From contig JBHGNT010000983.1 in NCBI GenBank assembly GCA_043228905.1, positions 1 through 13,204 of the forward strand: DNA of 13,204 bases, written 5' to 3'. Of the stretch, positions 1 to 7,780 are shown piece after piece (position 1 is the first letter of the stretch; every line of letters starts with the position of its first letter). The notes under the pieces were generated by a model. The model was not told the DNA's origin and made no database searches. It saw only the letters and a list, made by a program, of their open reading frames with translations. Both the position numbers and the translations under genes were made by a program. This DNA comes from Azolla caroliniana (taxonomy: Eukaryota > Plantae > Polypodiophyta).

Positions 1-472
1 ATGCATAAGTTTCCACCTGAAGTTGCCCAGAGACTGTCAAAAAAGCTTGTCTAGCGAAAAAATCAGCTGAATAATCAATAGACCCATCATCCTTCTTTGG
101 CATGCCAGGTTTAAACTTTGCTCTAGCTTCTAGTTGTGCCAACAGCGCTTTTGCTTGATTGAGCTCTTGTAGACATATGGTTAAAGCATCCTTGTCACCA
201 GCATTCTTCGCTTCCTTTACAGCCTCTCCTTTAGAGGAAACATCATTCTTGGCTGATTCAAGCTCAGTATCTGACGGTGGAGGATTGGCCTTTGCTTCCT
301 TATCTCTTCTCTCTGCCTCACCAAACAATGTTGTCACCTGAAACATCTCCCCTGCACCTTCGCAGTCGCTTGTAGTTATTATTGGTGTGTGCACATATAA
401 AAAGTCGTTACGTTGGAAAAATGTATGGATTGCATAGGCAAGGGCATTTCGAATTCTTGCAACTGCAGCTAT
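1..472 (-). CDS. SYNC1: Cytosolic asparaginyl-tRNA synthetase, coding exon 3 (runs off the window); catalytic-domain start with WHEP-like insertion
   Basis: Manual translation from acceptor cag|ATA (AG at 474-473): IAAVARIRNALAYAIHTFFQRNDFLYVHTPIITTSDCEGAGEMFQVTTL...DYSADFFARQAFLTVSGQLQVETYA, open to base 1. These are class IIb AsnRS signatures (motif 1, DCEGAGE, LTVSGQL). Symbol given by similarity to the Arabidopsis cytosolic family; exact paralog uncertain. Confidence 0.96.
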   Translation of the reverse strand, partial: MAAVARIRNALAYAIHTFFQRNDFLYVHTPIITTSDCEGAGEMFQVTTLFGEAERRDKEAKANPPPSDTELESAKNDVSSKGEAVKEAKNAGDKDALTICLQELNQAKALLAQLEARAKFKPGMPKKDDGSIDYSADFFARQAFLTVSGQLQVETYA

Positions 473-559
473 CTGGATATCATGAAGATAAATGACATTA
501 CAAACAATGATTAGCTTGGAAGCTTTGTATGAGGAATATATTTCTACACATAGACTTAC
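473..559 (-). other. Intron (87 bp, phase 0) of AsnRS gene
   Basis: Minus strand ACA|GTAAGT donor at 559 and TCCAG|ATA acceptor at 473; splicing joins ...LRSRTNT to IAAVARIRN, the expected AsnRS sequence. Confidence 0.95.
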
Positions 560-796
560 TGTGTTTGTTCGGGAACGCAAATGCAAATGATTGCGGAGAT
601 ACTCTAATGGGAGTTTAGTTTTCGCAATTGGATATGTCGAAGGATGGCAAGGTCCTATTTCCAAAATCTTGGAAACCTTGAATTCCACCTTTTGCTTTGT
701 TCCTTCAGGTGGCTTTTTAAGCTCACCTTCAACAAGAACGCTTGTTCCCGTTGGGGTAAGTTGCTGAAGGGAGGCAGTAGTTGCATCAACTATAAC
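560..796 (-). CDS. SYNC1: AsnRS coding exon 2 (79 codons; rest of the OB-fold anticodon-binding domain and hinge)
   Basis: VIVDATTASLQQLTPTGTSVLVEGELKKPPEGTKQKVEFKVSKILEIGPCHPSTYPIAKTKLPLEYLRNHLHLRSRTNT, bounded by GCAG| and |GTAAGT. Confidence 0.96.
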
Positions 797-1356
797 CTGC
801 ATAACGCATTGCATTATTTTATCTCGATTCATTTCATGTGTTTACCAACTAGAAAAGCTCTTCCAAGAAGCCTTAGGAGAACATAGGAAAAGACACGTCA
901 TTGGGCATTTAATAAACTGTTTCTGATTCATGCACAAAATGTTGGTACTTTTGGCATATTCACAGTTGAGACTTTTCATTTCGGACAATGTAAAATGCAT
1001 GAAATACAACAACACCATAGATGATGATGAATCTTCAAGAGAAGAATATATTATTAACCTGAAGATTAGCGACTCAAAACACATTTCAGAAAGGAGGATC
1101 CAATATCCTAACAATTGGTGAAGTAGGATCACAAATTGACTTAAAAGATTTCCCTTTTTCTAGAAGCTCCATAGAAATATGCATTCAAAATAACCTCATA
1201 TCTTGTTTGAAACAGACAGTTCATGGATTTTGCACTATAATGACGAAGCTTTAATAGAAAGAAGCTGAAGCAAGCAAAGAGAAATCCATAATTTACCTAA
1301 AAATTATATCAAAGCTGAATCATGTGTGTAGATCAAAGTGAAAACTTCATTTCTGA

Positions 1357-1487
1357 TCAACAAATTTATGTAATTTCACACTAAAGATGATGGTGATTCC
1401 TTACTGGTTCAACAAATTAATGAAGCTTAATGCCATAGCTGATGATCCATCATTCGCTCAACAAATTGATGGAACACATTATTATAT

Positions 1488-1527
<40 letters not shown>

Positions 1528-1660
1528 CCCATCATTGATTCAACAAATTACTGCAACTTAACACCATATACGATGACAATAACAATGATGATGATGACCC
1601 ATCATTGACTCAGAAAATTCATGGGACTTTACACCATACATGATGATTCTGATGATCATT
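1357..1660. repeat. Degenerate intronic minisatellite (about 5 units of 49-82 bp)
   Basis: TCAACAAATT at 1357, 1409, 1458, 1540 and TCAGAAAATT at 1610; later units preceded by GATGA(T/C)CCATCATT and several followed by ACACCATA-like sequence. Confidence 0.75.
1488..1527. repeat. (ATG)13 microsatellite
   Basis: Perfect ATG x13 run inside the intron. Confidence 0.97.
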
Positions 1661-1680
1661 CACAAGAAAAAAGATCTCAC

Positions 1681-1911
1681 CTGCAGATTTGCAATGCAGG
1701 ATCCATCATTGACCTCCAGAAAAGCAAAGCTTCCTTTCCCTTGCTCACGCCCTGTCTTGACCCATCCTCCAATGACCAAGACTTGACCCACAAGACCAAG
1801 TCCTCCATCCTCACGCTCTAGAATAGATTTGATGATTACTCTCTTTGAATATTTTGCCTTCTCCACAGAAGAGGATGAAGATGGAAAAACGACACTATGA
1901 TCATCTCCCAT
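1681..1911 (-). CDS. SYNC1: AsnRS coding exon 1 (77 codons)
   Basis: ATG at 1911 in good context (GCAATGG): MGDDHSVVFPSSSSSVEKAKYSKRVIIKSILEREDGGLGLVGQVLVIGGWVKTGREQGKGSFAFLEVNDGSCIANLQ. GWVKTGREQGKG.FAFLEVNDGSC is typical of plant cytosolic AsnRS; no long transit peptide. Confidence 0.94.
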
Positions 1912-1924
1912 TGCCGTAAAAAAC

Positions 1925-2292
1925 CTATCAACATAAAAAACAACTAATGAAATAAACCATTGCAGAAATGAGAGATTTTTTGCAGCTTCTTCATATACAA
2001 AGTGAAAGATTTTTCGCACAATAAAAAAGAGATTAATTGAGCAGATTTTTAAGATTCTTTTGCAGAAAATGAAGGATTCTTTCGGAAACTTCTTTGCAGT
2101 AGAAAATAAAGATTTTCTTTGCACAATCTTCGCAAATGGATACCAAAAAATTATTGGAAGAAAAAATAAAAGATTCTGTTGCAGATGCGTACATGGGATT
2201 AAATAACAAATCATTTGCAGAGATGAAGTGTAAAGGAGGAAGAAGGAGACAGAGAGATTAAATTCTGCAAAAAAATGATTCAGGATTCATAC
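1925..2292 (-). other. Probable 5'UTR intron of the AsnRS gene (368 bp)
   Basis: GAG|GTATGA donor at 2292; T-rich tract and TGATAG|GTT acceptor at 1925, 13 nt before the ATG; interior is T-rich on the minus strand. Confidence 0.7.
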
Positions 2293-2400
2293 CTCTGCTG
2301 TTTGTGTTGTCTTATTTCAGCAACAGAGGGGGGGATGGAGGGGCTCTGTTTCCCAGACGAAACCCTAATTCTGCCACACAGAGGAGGATTTTGGGAAACC
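2293..2400 (-). other. Probable non-coding first exon (5'UTR) of AsnRS; upstream boundary approximate
   Basis: Minus-strand segment with C/T-rich patches and no ATG, ending in a consensus donor and overlapping the telo-boxes. Confidence 0.55.
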
Positions 2401-2496
2401 CTAAACTAGGAGCTTAATTCTTCGCGGGTTGTGAATAGTGTGTTAGGGAAACCCAGAATTAGGCCTCTAATTCCTCTGAAATTACAGATATGGGCC
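2360..2496. promoter_or_regulatory. Telo-box plus site II promoter module of the AsnRS gene
   Basis: AAACCCTAA at 2360-2368 and 2396-2404, partial TTAGGG at 2443-2448, TGGGCC at 2491-2496. This pairing is established for plant translation-machinery genes. Confidence 0.72.
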
Positions 2497-4554
2497 TCCA
2501 CCATCCAAAATGTGATCACAAAAAATTTGACCATACCAATATAATTCTGTTGCGTGCGCAGTACGAATCAATTGAACTGAGTCGTGAATTATTTAATGCC
2601 ATAAGATAGTAATTATAAAACAGAGCGGAATCTTGCAATACATAATATATATGTGTAGTGCAAATCGGTGAGCTGGACAACTAAAGAATGGGAGAGATGA
2701 TTCTTCTATATACAAGCAGTATATGTCGCGAAGTATGAACTCTCTCCATGAGAAATGACTCGTAGTATGTCAATTGAGAATATATGGAAGTTGGCATCTC
2801 CCTGTATTAAATTAGCACCATTCTGGCACTGCAAAAAAGCCAGAACCATAGTGGTTCTGAGAGTAAAAGGTCTCACTTATTATAATACTACACTACACTA
2901 CCATACAAAAATATGATATACCTTTCCTTGTCCAGGATTCACCTCCTAAAGTGTCTGGACTTTAAAAGTACTCCAAAACACCATTTGAAACAATCCCACT
3001 TTGTTGGGGGGTATAAAGAACGTGCATAAAAGAGTGCCTCAATTTGCTAAATTGGTGAACAAGATAGAGCACTCTACTTTGTCCATGAAATAAGAAGCGA
3101 TCTAGAGTTGCCAATTATATCACATTCCCTAATATGCAAAAAAAGAAAGAAAAAAAGAAGTCAACTCATGAAAGCGCAATGGCAATTTATTATCAACATG
3201 ACATGATCCCCCCATCGGGACACGATCATTATAACATTGGTTTGATCATGTTTTGGACTACAACAATTGATTTATTTGAAGCGGCTACGTTCATTTTAGA
3301 AAAGCATGTGCTTGAACAAGGCTTAATATCACTCCCTCTCATAGCTAGCCTCAGATAGGATCATTGCATATCACTAATCAAAATCCAAGTTAGTAATTTA
3401 ATCCACTCTTGCAATTAAGCATTGCATAAGCCTGTGCTTGATGAATTGACCAATGGCAAGCAAGCCACCCAACGTGATCCCCCAAAATAAATACTATCCC
3501 TCAAAACAAAGAATGGGAATGACAAGTTGCATCGAGAACTCTCTACCGTTACTAAGCAAGTCTAAGCAACGTGCCATACATCATGACCTTGACAAACCAA
3601 GATTTATTTGCAATAAAGTTTGATGATATCATTACACTACGCATGAAGAAGAGGTATATAATGGTGAAATAACCAAATTATCCATAGTGAGGTCCATCTA
3701 ATTGTTATCTAGAGGCAAGATGACTCACTTTAATGTTAGTAGATTAGGGTCTTAAAGTGCTCTTTCCATCCCAGCTTTCAGAAAGGGTGGGGGGAAGACT
3801 CTCGTACCTCCAAACAAAGGGATTTATAGAAGTGAGTCTCCATCATATTTCATTCACTATCAATACATATTACTGTAGCTTTTACCTTTGCCTTTTACTC
3901 TCATTATTTACATGTATATTATTGCAAGAACAACTTCAAATAAAAAGAATCCATTAATGAACATGATGGATTTGAACATTGAATTTTGCTTGGATCATGT
4001 TGTAAACTTTTATTTTTATATTGCTAAAACTGCAAACTCAATGAAAAAGGTATTGTTTAAAGAAGTAAGGAGTCTCAAAGTTTGCTAAATCTTCCTAGGA
4101 GTATATTTCCAATATATGCCCATTGCCCATTGTTTAACCGAGAATGATAACCAAAGAAACTTAGTGATATTCCAAGCTATGTCATTGAATTCATGATAGC
4201 ATGAAGAAAACATTGTTTAGTGTCACTCACTTTTCAATGTGCAAATATGTTTTTAAGTATTAGTTGCTTTCCAATGAGGGGAGCATTTGCAATCCTAATG
4301 TGATAATTGCATTGTCTTTAGACGTGCATTGAATGTTTATTGTCAGATGAGAATCAAGCCTAAGTATGACAATGTGTCCACATATCCTCAATCTATGTAG
4401 TTCAAGTAATAATCAACATGTGACTCCATTGTTCTTTCTCTAATGGAGGGGGCATGATGCATTAGGAGGGGTATGTTTGTCTTAAGCAACATTTGCATTG
4501 AATACATTCGCCTTTGGGTTGTGGATCGAGTTCAAAGAATGTTTTCAGTAGTAG

Positions 4555-4596
4555 TATAGTGCAATGGGGATGGACTATAGTGCAATGGGGATGGAT
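4555..4596. repeat. 21-bp tandem duplication
   Basis: TATAGTGCAATGGGGATGGA(C/T) twice, 4555-4575 and 4576-4596. Confidence 0.92.
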
Positions 4597-5059
4597 TATG
4601 GGGGTTCTGTGGATATATATTTGGGCACCTGTGTCTCAGTTAAAAGTAGCAGGAGTAAGTAATCTTTTTGTCAAGTGTTGTTGGATGGCCGCGATGAATG
4701 GGTGTCCAAATTCTCATGTCCATTGTCACTAGTAACTAAGCAAAGTCCATGTGGTCCCATCTTGTTCACATGAATGAACGTGCAAGGTTGTGGGCGAATT
4801 CCATGGCCATGGCCACCACCATCACCATCACCATCTTCTTCTCCTTTTCCTTCCTCTGTTTCAATAGTCCGTGGCACAAGTCTAGATCTCAGAAATTCAT
4901 CAATCAGAAGATATTTTTGCTGAAGGTAAGCCTCCCCCATTATTAAACACACCTGCATTCCATGGATTCTCATCTCATCTTTTCAAGTCTGCATTGATCA
5001 CCCACAAATCCATTGAAGTGAAGGAACTCTAGAGAGGCAGAGGAATAAGATATATATAT

Positions 5060-6589
5060 ATGGATTGCCCAGGTCCTTGCCTGAGAACAAAGGCATCATG
5101 GGTTCTTGTAATTGCTTGTGTTTGCTTGACTATATGTATGCAATCTATCTTTGTGTGGGGATCTATGTTAGTAGCATCATGTGATGATTCTCTGGTTGTC
5201 TCGAAACCATTTCCGGAAACTCTGGTTCTTCGAAAGCTCTTATCGGACGAGGAAAAGGAAAATGCTGGGCCGAAAACTGGCGGTATATCACTCGAGCCTG
5301 CTCCGGGAACTGCCTCTACATTCCAGTTCATGGAGACTGCGATCAAAATGCCAGACTCTGGCATGGAAATCAAAAAATTCCCAGGGGCAGAAGCCATAAG
5401 ACAAGTCCACATGCCGGGCGCTGAAATCAAAATGCCCTACGATGATGGTCCGAGCCGTAGAGATACTTCTATTGATCCGAGAGATTTCGAGGACGATCGA
5501 AAGCCGGCCGAATTCGTTAAGGAAAGACACAATTATGGTGCTGGAAATCCAACCAAAAAATATGGCGAAAAACACGAAGACAAGGATTATGGTGGAAAGG
5601 GGGGGGGCAAAGACGAGAAGCTTGATAATGTGACCGAAGAGAGGTCCAAAGAACACGATGATGAAGAAGAGGCTGAAGAAAGAAAGGATTCAAATGATGA
5701 GAATGTCGAAGAGATTGACCTGCATCGGGATGTGAAGTACAAGGAACAAGAAACTGGAGTTCTCGGGGAATTTCGAAAGGCTTCGAATGACATAGAGGCT
5801 CGACTAGGGGAACTTCGGAGTAGTGACACCGATACTGTGGGGCAAACACGAGAGGATGAGGACTACGACATATTGCAAGAGCTAGCCGAATTCCCTAGCA
5901 AGTTCCAAGAGACTGCGGGACGAGTGGCGGATCATCTCCGGCCCGACGTCTTGAAATGGACGGGCACCTCGAAAGAGTATTTTGACATCGCGAACCAACA
6001 AATTGCGGAGAGCTTCTTGCCCCTCATCGGGAGGCAATACGCACCCTTCGTTGCCACAATGGTCTCCTATGCCATCCTTCTTCTCCCTTTGATCGTAGTC
6101 ATTTTGCTCTTCGAGCACATAAAGGCCCTCTTCTCCTTGCAAAAAGTCATCCTTTTCGCCAACATCTACTTGACCTCGTATTTCGCGACCCTGTGGATTG
6201 CTTCTTTAGTCCTAGGTCTCGAGCCGATGTCCTTCTTCTTCCACAACACGTTGTCGAGCTATATCTCCCTTCAAATTCTACAAGCCCTCGGATATGGTGT
6301 CTACCTTCTCTTACAAGGATCTAATGTTCTCTACTCTTTCACATTGGACAAGTTGTTGATCATAAAGCTCGCCGCAGTGGCTCAATGGATCGTGGCTCTA
6401 TCCGTTGGTCTTCATTACTATGTGACCGTGTTCCATCCTGCCATCGCCATAAAGCCCCCCCGGACAAGCTGGAAATCCTATGCGGTTTACATGATCTCTT
6501 TCTTCATCTTATGCCTCTTTGGAAAGTTAAGAGAGGCAAAGAAGCAATATACGAACACATGGAGTGTCAACACAACCAAAAAGAGTTGA
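5060..6589 (+). CDS. Intronless multi-pass membrane protein, similar to Arabidopsis AT4G39840 ('cell wall integrity/stress response component-like') family
   Basis: 509-aa open ORF with an N-terminal hydrophobic signal/anchor, a long charged low-complexity region, then a C-terminal block (EFPSKFQ, ANQQI..F.P.IG.QYAP, FSLQK..LF...YL..YF, GLEPM.FF, VGLHYYV.VFH, PPRTSWK, terminal KKS) with about 5 TM helices. Family assignment is from recalled similarity, not a search. Confidence 0.88.
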   Translation: MDCPGPCLRTKASWVLVIACVCLTICMQSIFVWGSMLVASCDDSLVVSKPFPETLVLRKLLSDEEKENAGPKTGGISLEPAPGTASTFQFMETAIKMPDSGMEIKKFPGAEAIRQVHMPGAEIKMPYDDGPSRRDTSIDPRDFEDDRKPAEFVKERHNYGAGNPTKKYGEKHEDKDYGGKGGGKDEKLDNVTEERSKEHDDEEEAEERKDSNDENVEEIDLHRDVKYKEQETGVLGEFRKASNDIEARLGELRSSDTDTVGQTREDEDYDILQELAEFPSKFQETAGRVADHLRPDVLKWTGTSKEYFDIANQQIAESFLPLIGRQYAPFVATMVSYAILLLPLIVVILLFEHIKALFSLQKVILFANIYLTSYFATLWIASLVLGLEPMSFFFHNTLSSYISLQILQALGYGVYLLLQGSNVLYSFTLDKLLIIKLAAVAQWIVALSVGLHYYVTVFHPAIAIKPPRTSWKSYAVYMISFFILCLFGKLREAKKQYTNTWSVNTTKKS

Positions 6590-7336
6590 TTATCTATCAA
6601 AATTCACTTATCTCCTTTAACCTTGCACCCTAAACCCATTGATCCCGTCACATATTGGTTGGTCTTCATAGTCTTGCCCCTCCCTTATTTTAAAATTGTA
6701 GTTTGTGAAGTTCTTTCTGGTTGTCATGCAATTTGAAACAAATATGTACTGAAGCAACTTCTCTGATCAACGACAAACATCAAACAAGAAGGAATTGATC
6801 AAATGTTTATCGACTCCACTATGCTTCGTCTCTCAAATCTTACCAATGGATCCGAATTAAACATGGTTGACTTGTCTTTACATATGCCTTTATCCCTAAA
6901 CCACCCTAAAGCTATGGATCCATTCCAATATTTGCCATGATCTCCTTGCTCGTTATATTTTTTGAATTCTTTTTATTTTGTTTTGATGTAAGTTCGAGAC
7001 TACATGTATTTTAATTTGAGATATCATATAACTCCTTAAACCTCAAAAACCATGGATCCTTTGAAATGTTTGGTAGGATAAATAAGGATCTCACCTATAT
7101 ATGGTAGAGCAAAAGCTATTATCTTTGTGTCTTTATGTGTGGAGCATAGAGAGTTCAAGGTGACTTGAACTAAGCTATTGGATGAATGGGTGTGGCCTGA
7201 CTACTTGCAAAGATTTTGGCCAACCAAAACCAGATCGATGACGGAGTTGGTGAGCCAGCGGCATCCGATTATGGAACCGGACGGTAACCGACATCTGGCG
7301 ACGGAATCGTGGATCCGACAACCGGCGGCTAGATGG

Positions 7337-7448
7337 ATAAATAAATAAATAAATATTTATACATATACACAAGGAGGGAAAGTAAGGATTTGAACCTTGC
7401 ACCTCCAAGTTGAGAGTCAATAGGCTTATCAACTAAGCCAACACTTAT
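7337..7448 (-). mobile_element. tRNA-derived SINE-like element or tRNA pseudogene
   Basis: Minus strand: A-box TGGCTTAGTTGA (7440-7429), D-like hairpin GGCTTA/TAAGCC, B-box GGTTCAAATCC (7396-7386) within an AAGG/CCTT T-stem. Anticodon and acceptor stems do not pair. (TTTA)n tail at 7354-7337. Confidence 0.65.
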
Positions 7449-7457
7449 TTTTATCAT

Positions 7458-7780
7458 TGTAACTTTACATGTAAATTCTCATACATGAGAGCTAAAATGA
7501 GTGACATAGTTATCATGCACCACATGTAATACGTGAGCGCCAAATGGCAAACATGCATTTTATGCATGTCTTGTACCCTCAAATGCATGAGGGCATCTAT
7601 AAAAGAGGGGAGGAAAAAGATAAAAGGGGAATGAAATTTTTTTGGATGATCAAAGAAGAGACTTGTAACCCTATTGTTGATGTATCTTCTCTCTCAAATC
7701 TAAAATCAAGAGTTAAATCTTTATCCCTCTCTCTCGCCATATCAATCTCTCTCAATCTCTCTTAAATACTTTCTCGCTAA
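7458..7780 (+). mobile_element. LTR-like segment (TGTAA start, TATA box, R/U5-like CT-rich part); right boundary and orientation uncertain
   Basis: Begins TGTAAC at 7458; CTATAAAAGAGGGG at 7597-7610; TTGTAA at 7663; CT-rich tract to about 7775. This is the usual plant LTR layout on the plus strand, but no second copy, PBS or clear CA end is visible. Confidence 0.5.

Larger units (their letters stand above)
797..1680 (-). other. Intron (884 bp, phase 0) of AsnRS gene
   Basis: CAG|GTGAGA donor at 1680 and TGCAG|GTT acceptor at 797; joins ...SCIANLQ to VIVD... Confidence 0.94.

Noticed and set aside
1357-1660. CRISPR-like repeat/spacer appearance
   Set aside because: Eukaryotic intron; repeats are short and degenerate, spacers are related to each other and uneven, and there are no cas genes.
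159-1821. Short ORFs 159-341, 644-886, 842-1132, 930-1121, 1621-1821
   Set aside because: Antisense shadows of AsnRS exons or intronic chance ORFs.
1912-2214. N-terminal 100-aa extension of ORF 1660..2214
   Set aside because: F/I/L/K-rich translation of T-rich intron-like DNA; a splice acceptor at 1925 and AsnRS similarity starting after Met 1911 explain it.
2821-2859. Overlapping small hairpins TTCTGGC/GCCAGAA and CAGAACCA/TGGTTCTG
   Set aside because: 7-8 bp stems are expected by chance; no miRNA-length stem or Helitron CTRR end.
3134-4732. Intergenic ORFs 3134-3358, 3757-3957, 3888-4088, 4514-4732
   Set aside because: Short, several with non-ATG starts, no recognisable motifs or supporting splice structure.
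5029-6633. ORFs overlapping the 509-aa gene (5029-5430, 5181-5399, 5288-5656, 5442-5633, 5517-5849, 5587-5829, 5882-6142, 6385-6633)
   Set aside because: Alternative-frame or antisense shadows of a real CDS.
7152-7171. Hairpin AGTTCAAG-GTGA-CTTGAACT as a terminator or Helitron end
   Set aside because: Short AT-rich stem, no suitably spaced CTRR, and bacterial terminators are irrelevant here.
4693-7193. 13-bp direct repeat GATGAATGGGTGT (4693-4705, 7181-7193) flanking the intronless gene, as a retrogene TSD
   Set aside because: About one 13-mer repeat is expected by chance in 13 kb; there is no poly(A) tail before the second copy; as recalled, the family lacks coding introns anyway.
7380-7448. 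Functional tRNA-Glu(CTC) gene
   Set aside because: Acceptor and anticodon stems do not pair and the D-loop GG is absent.
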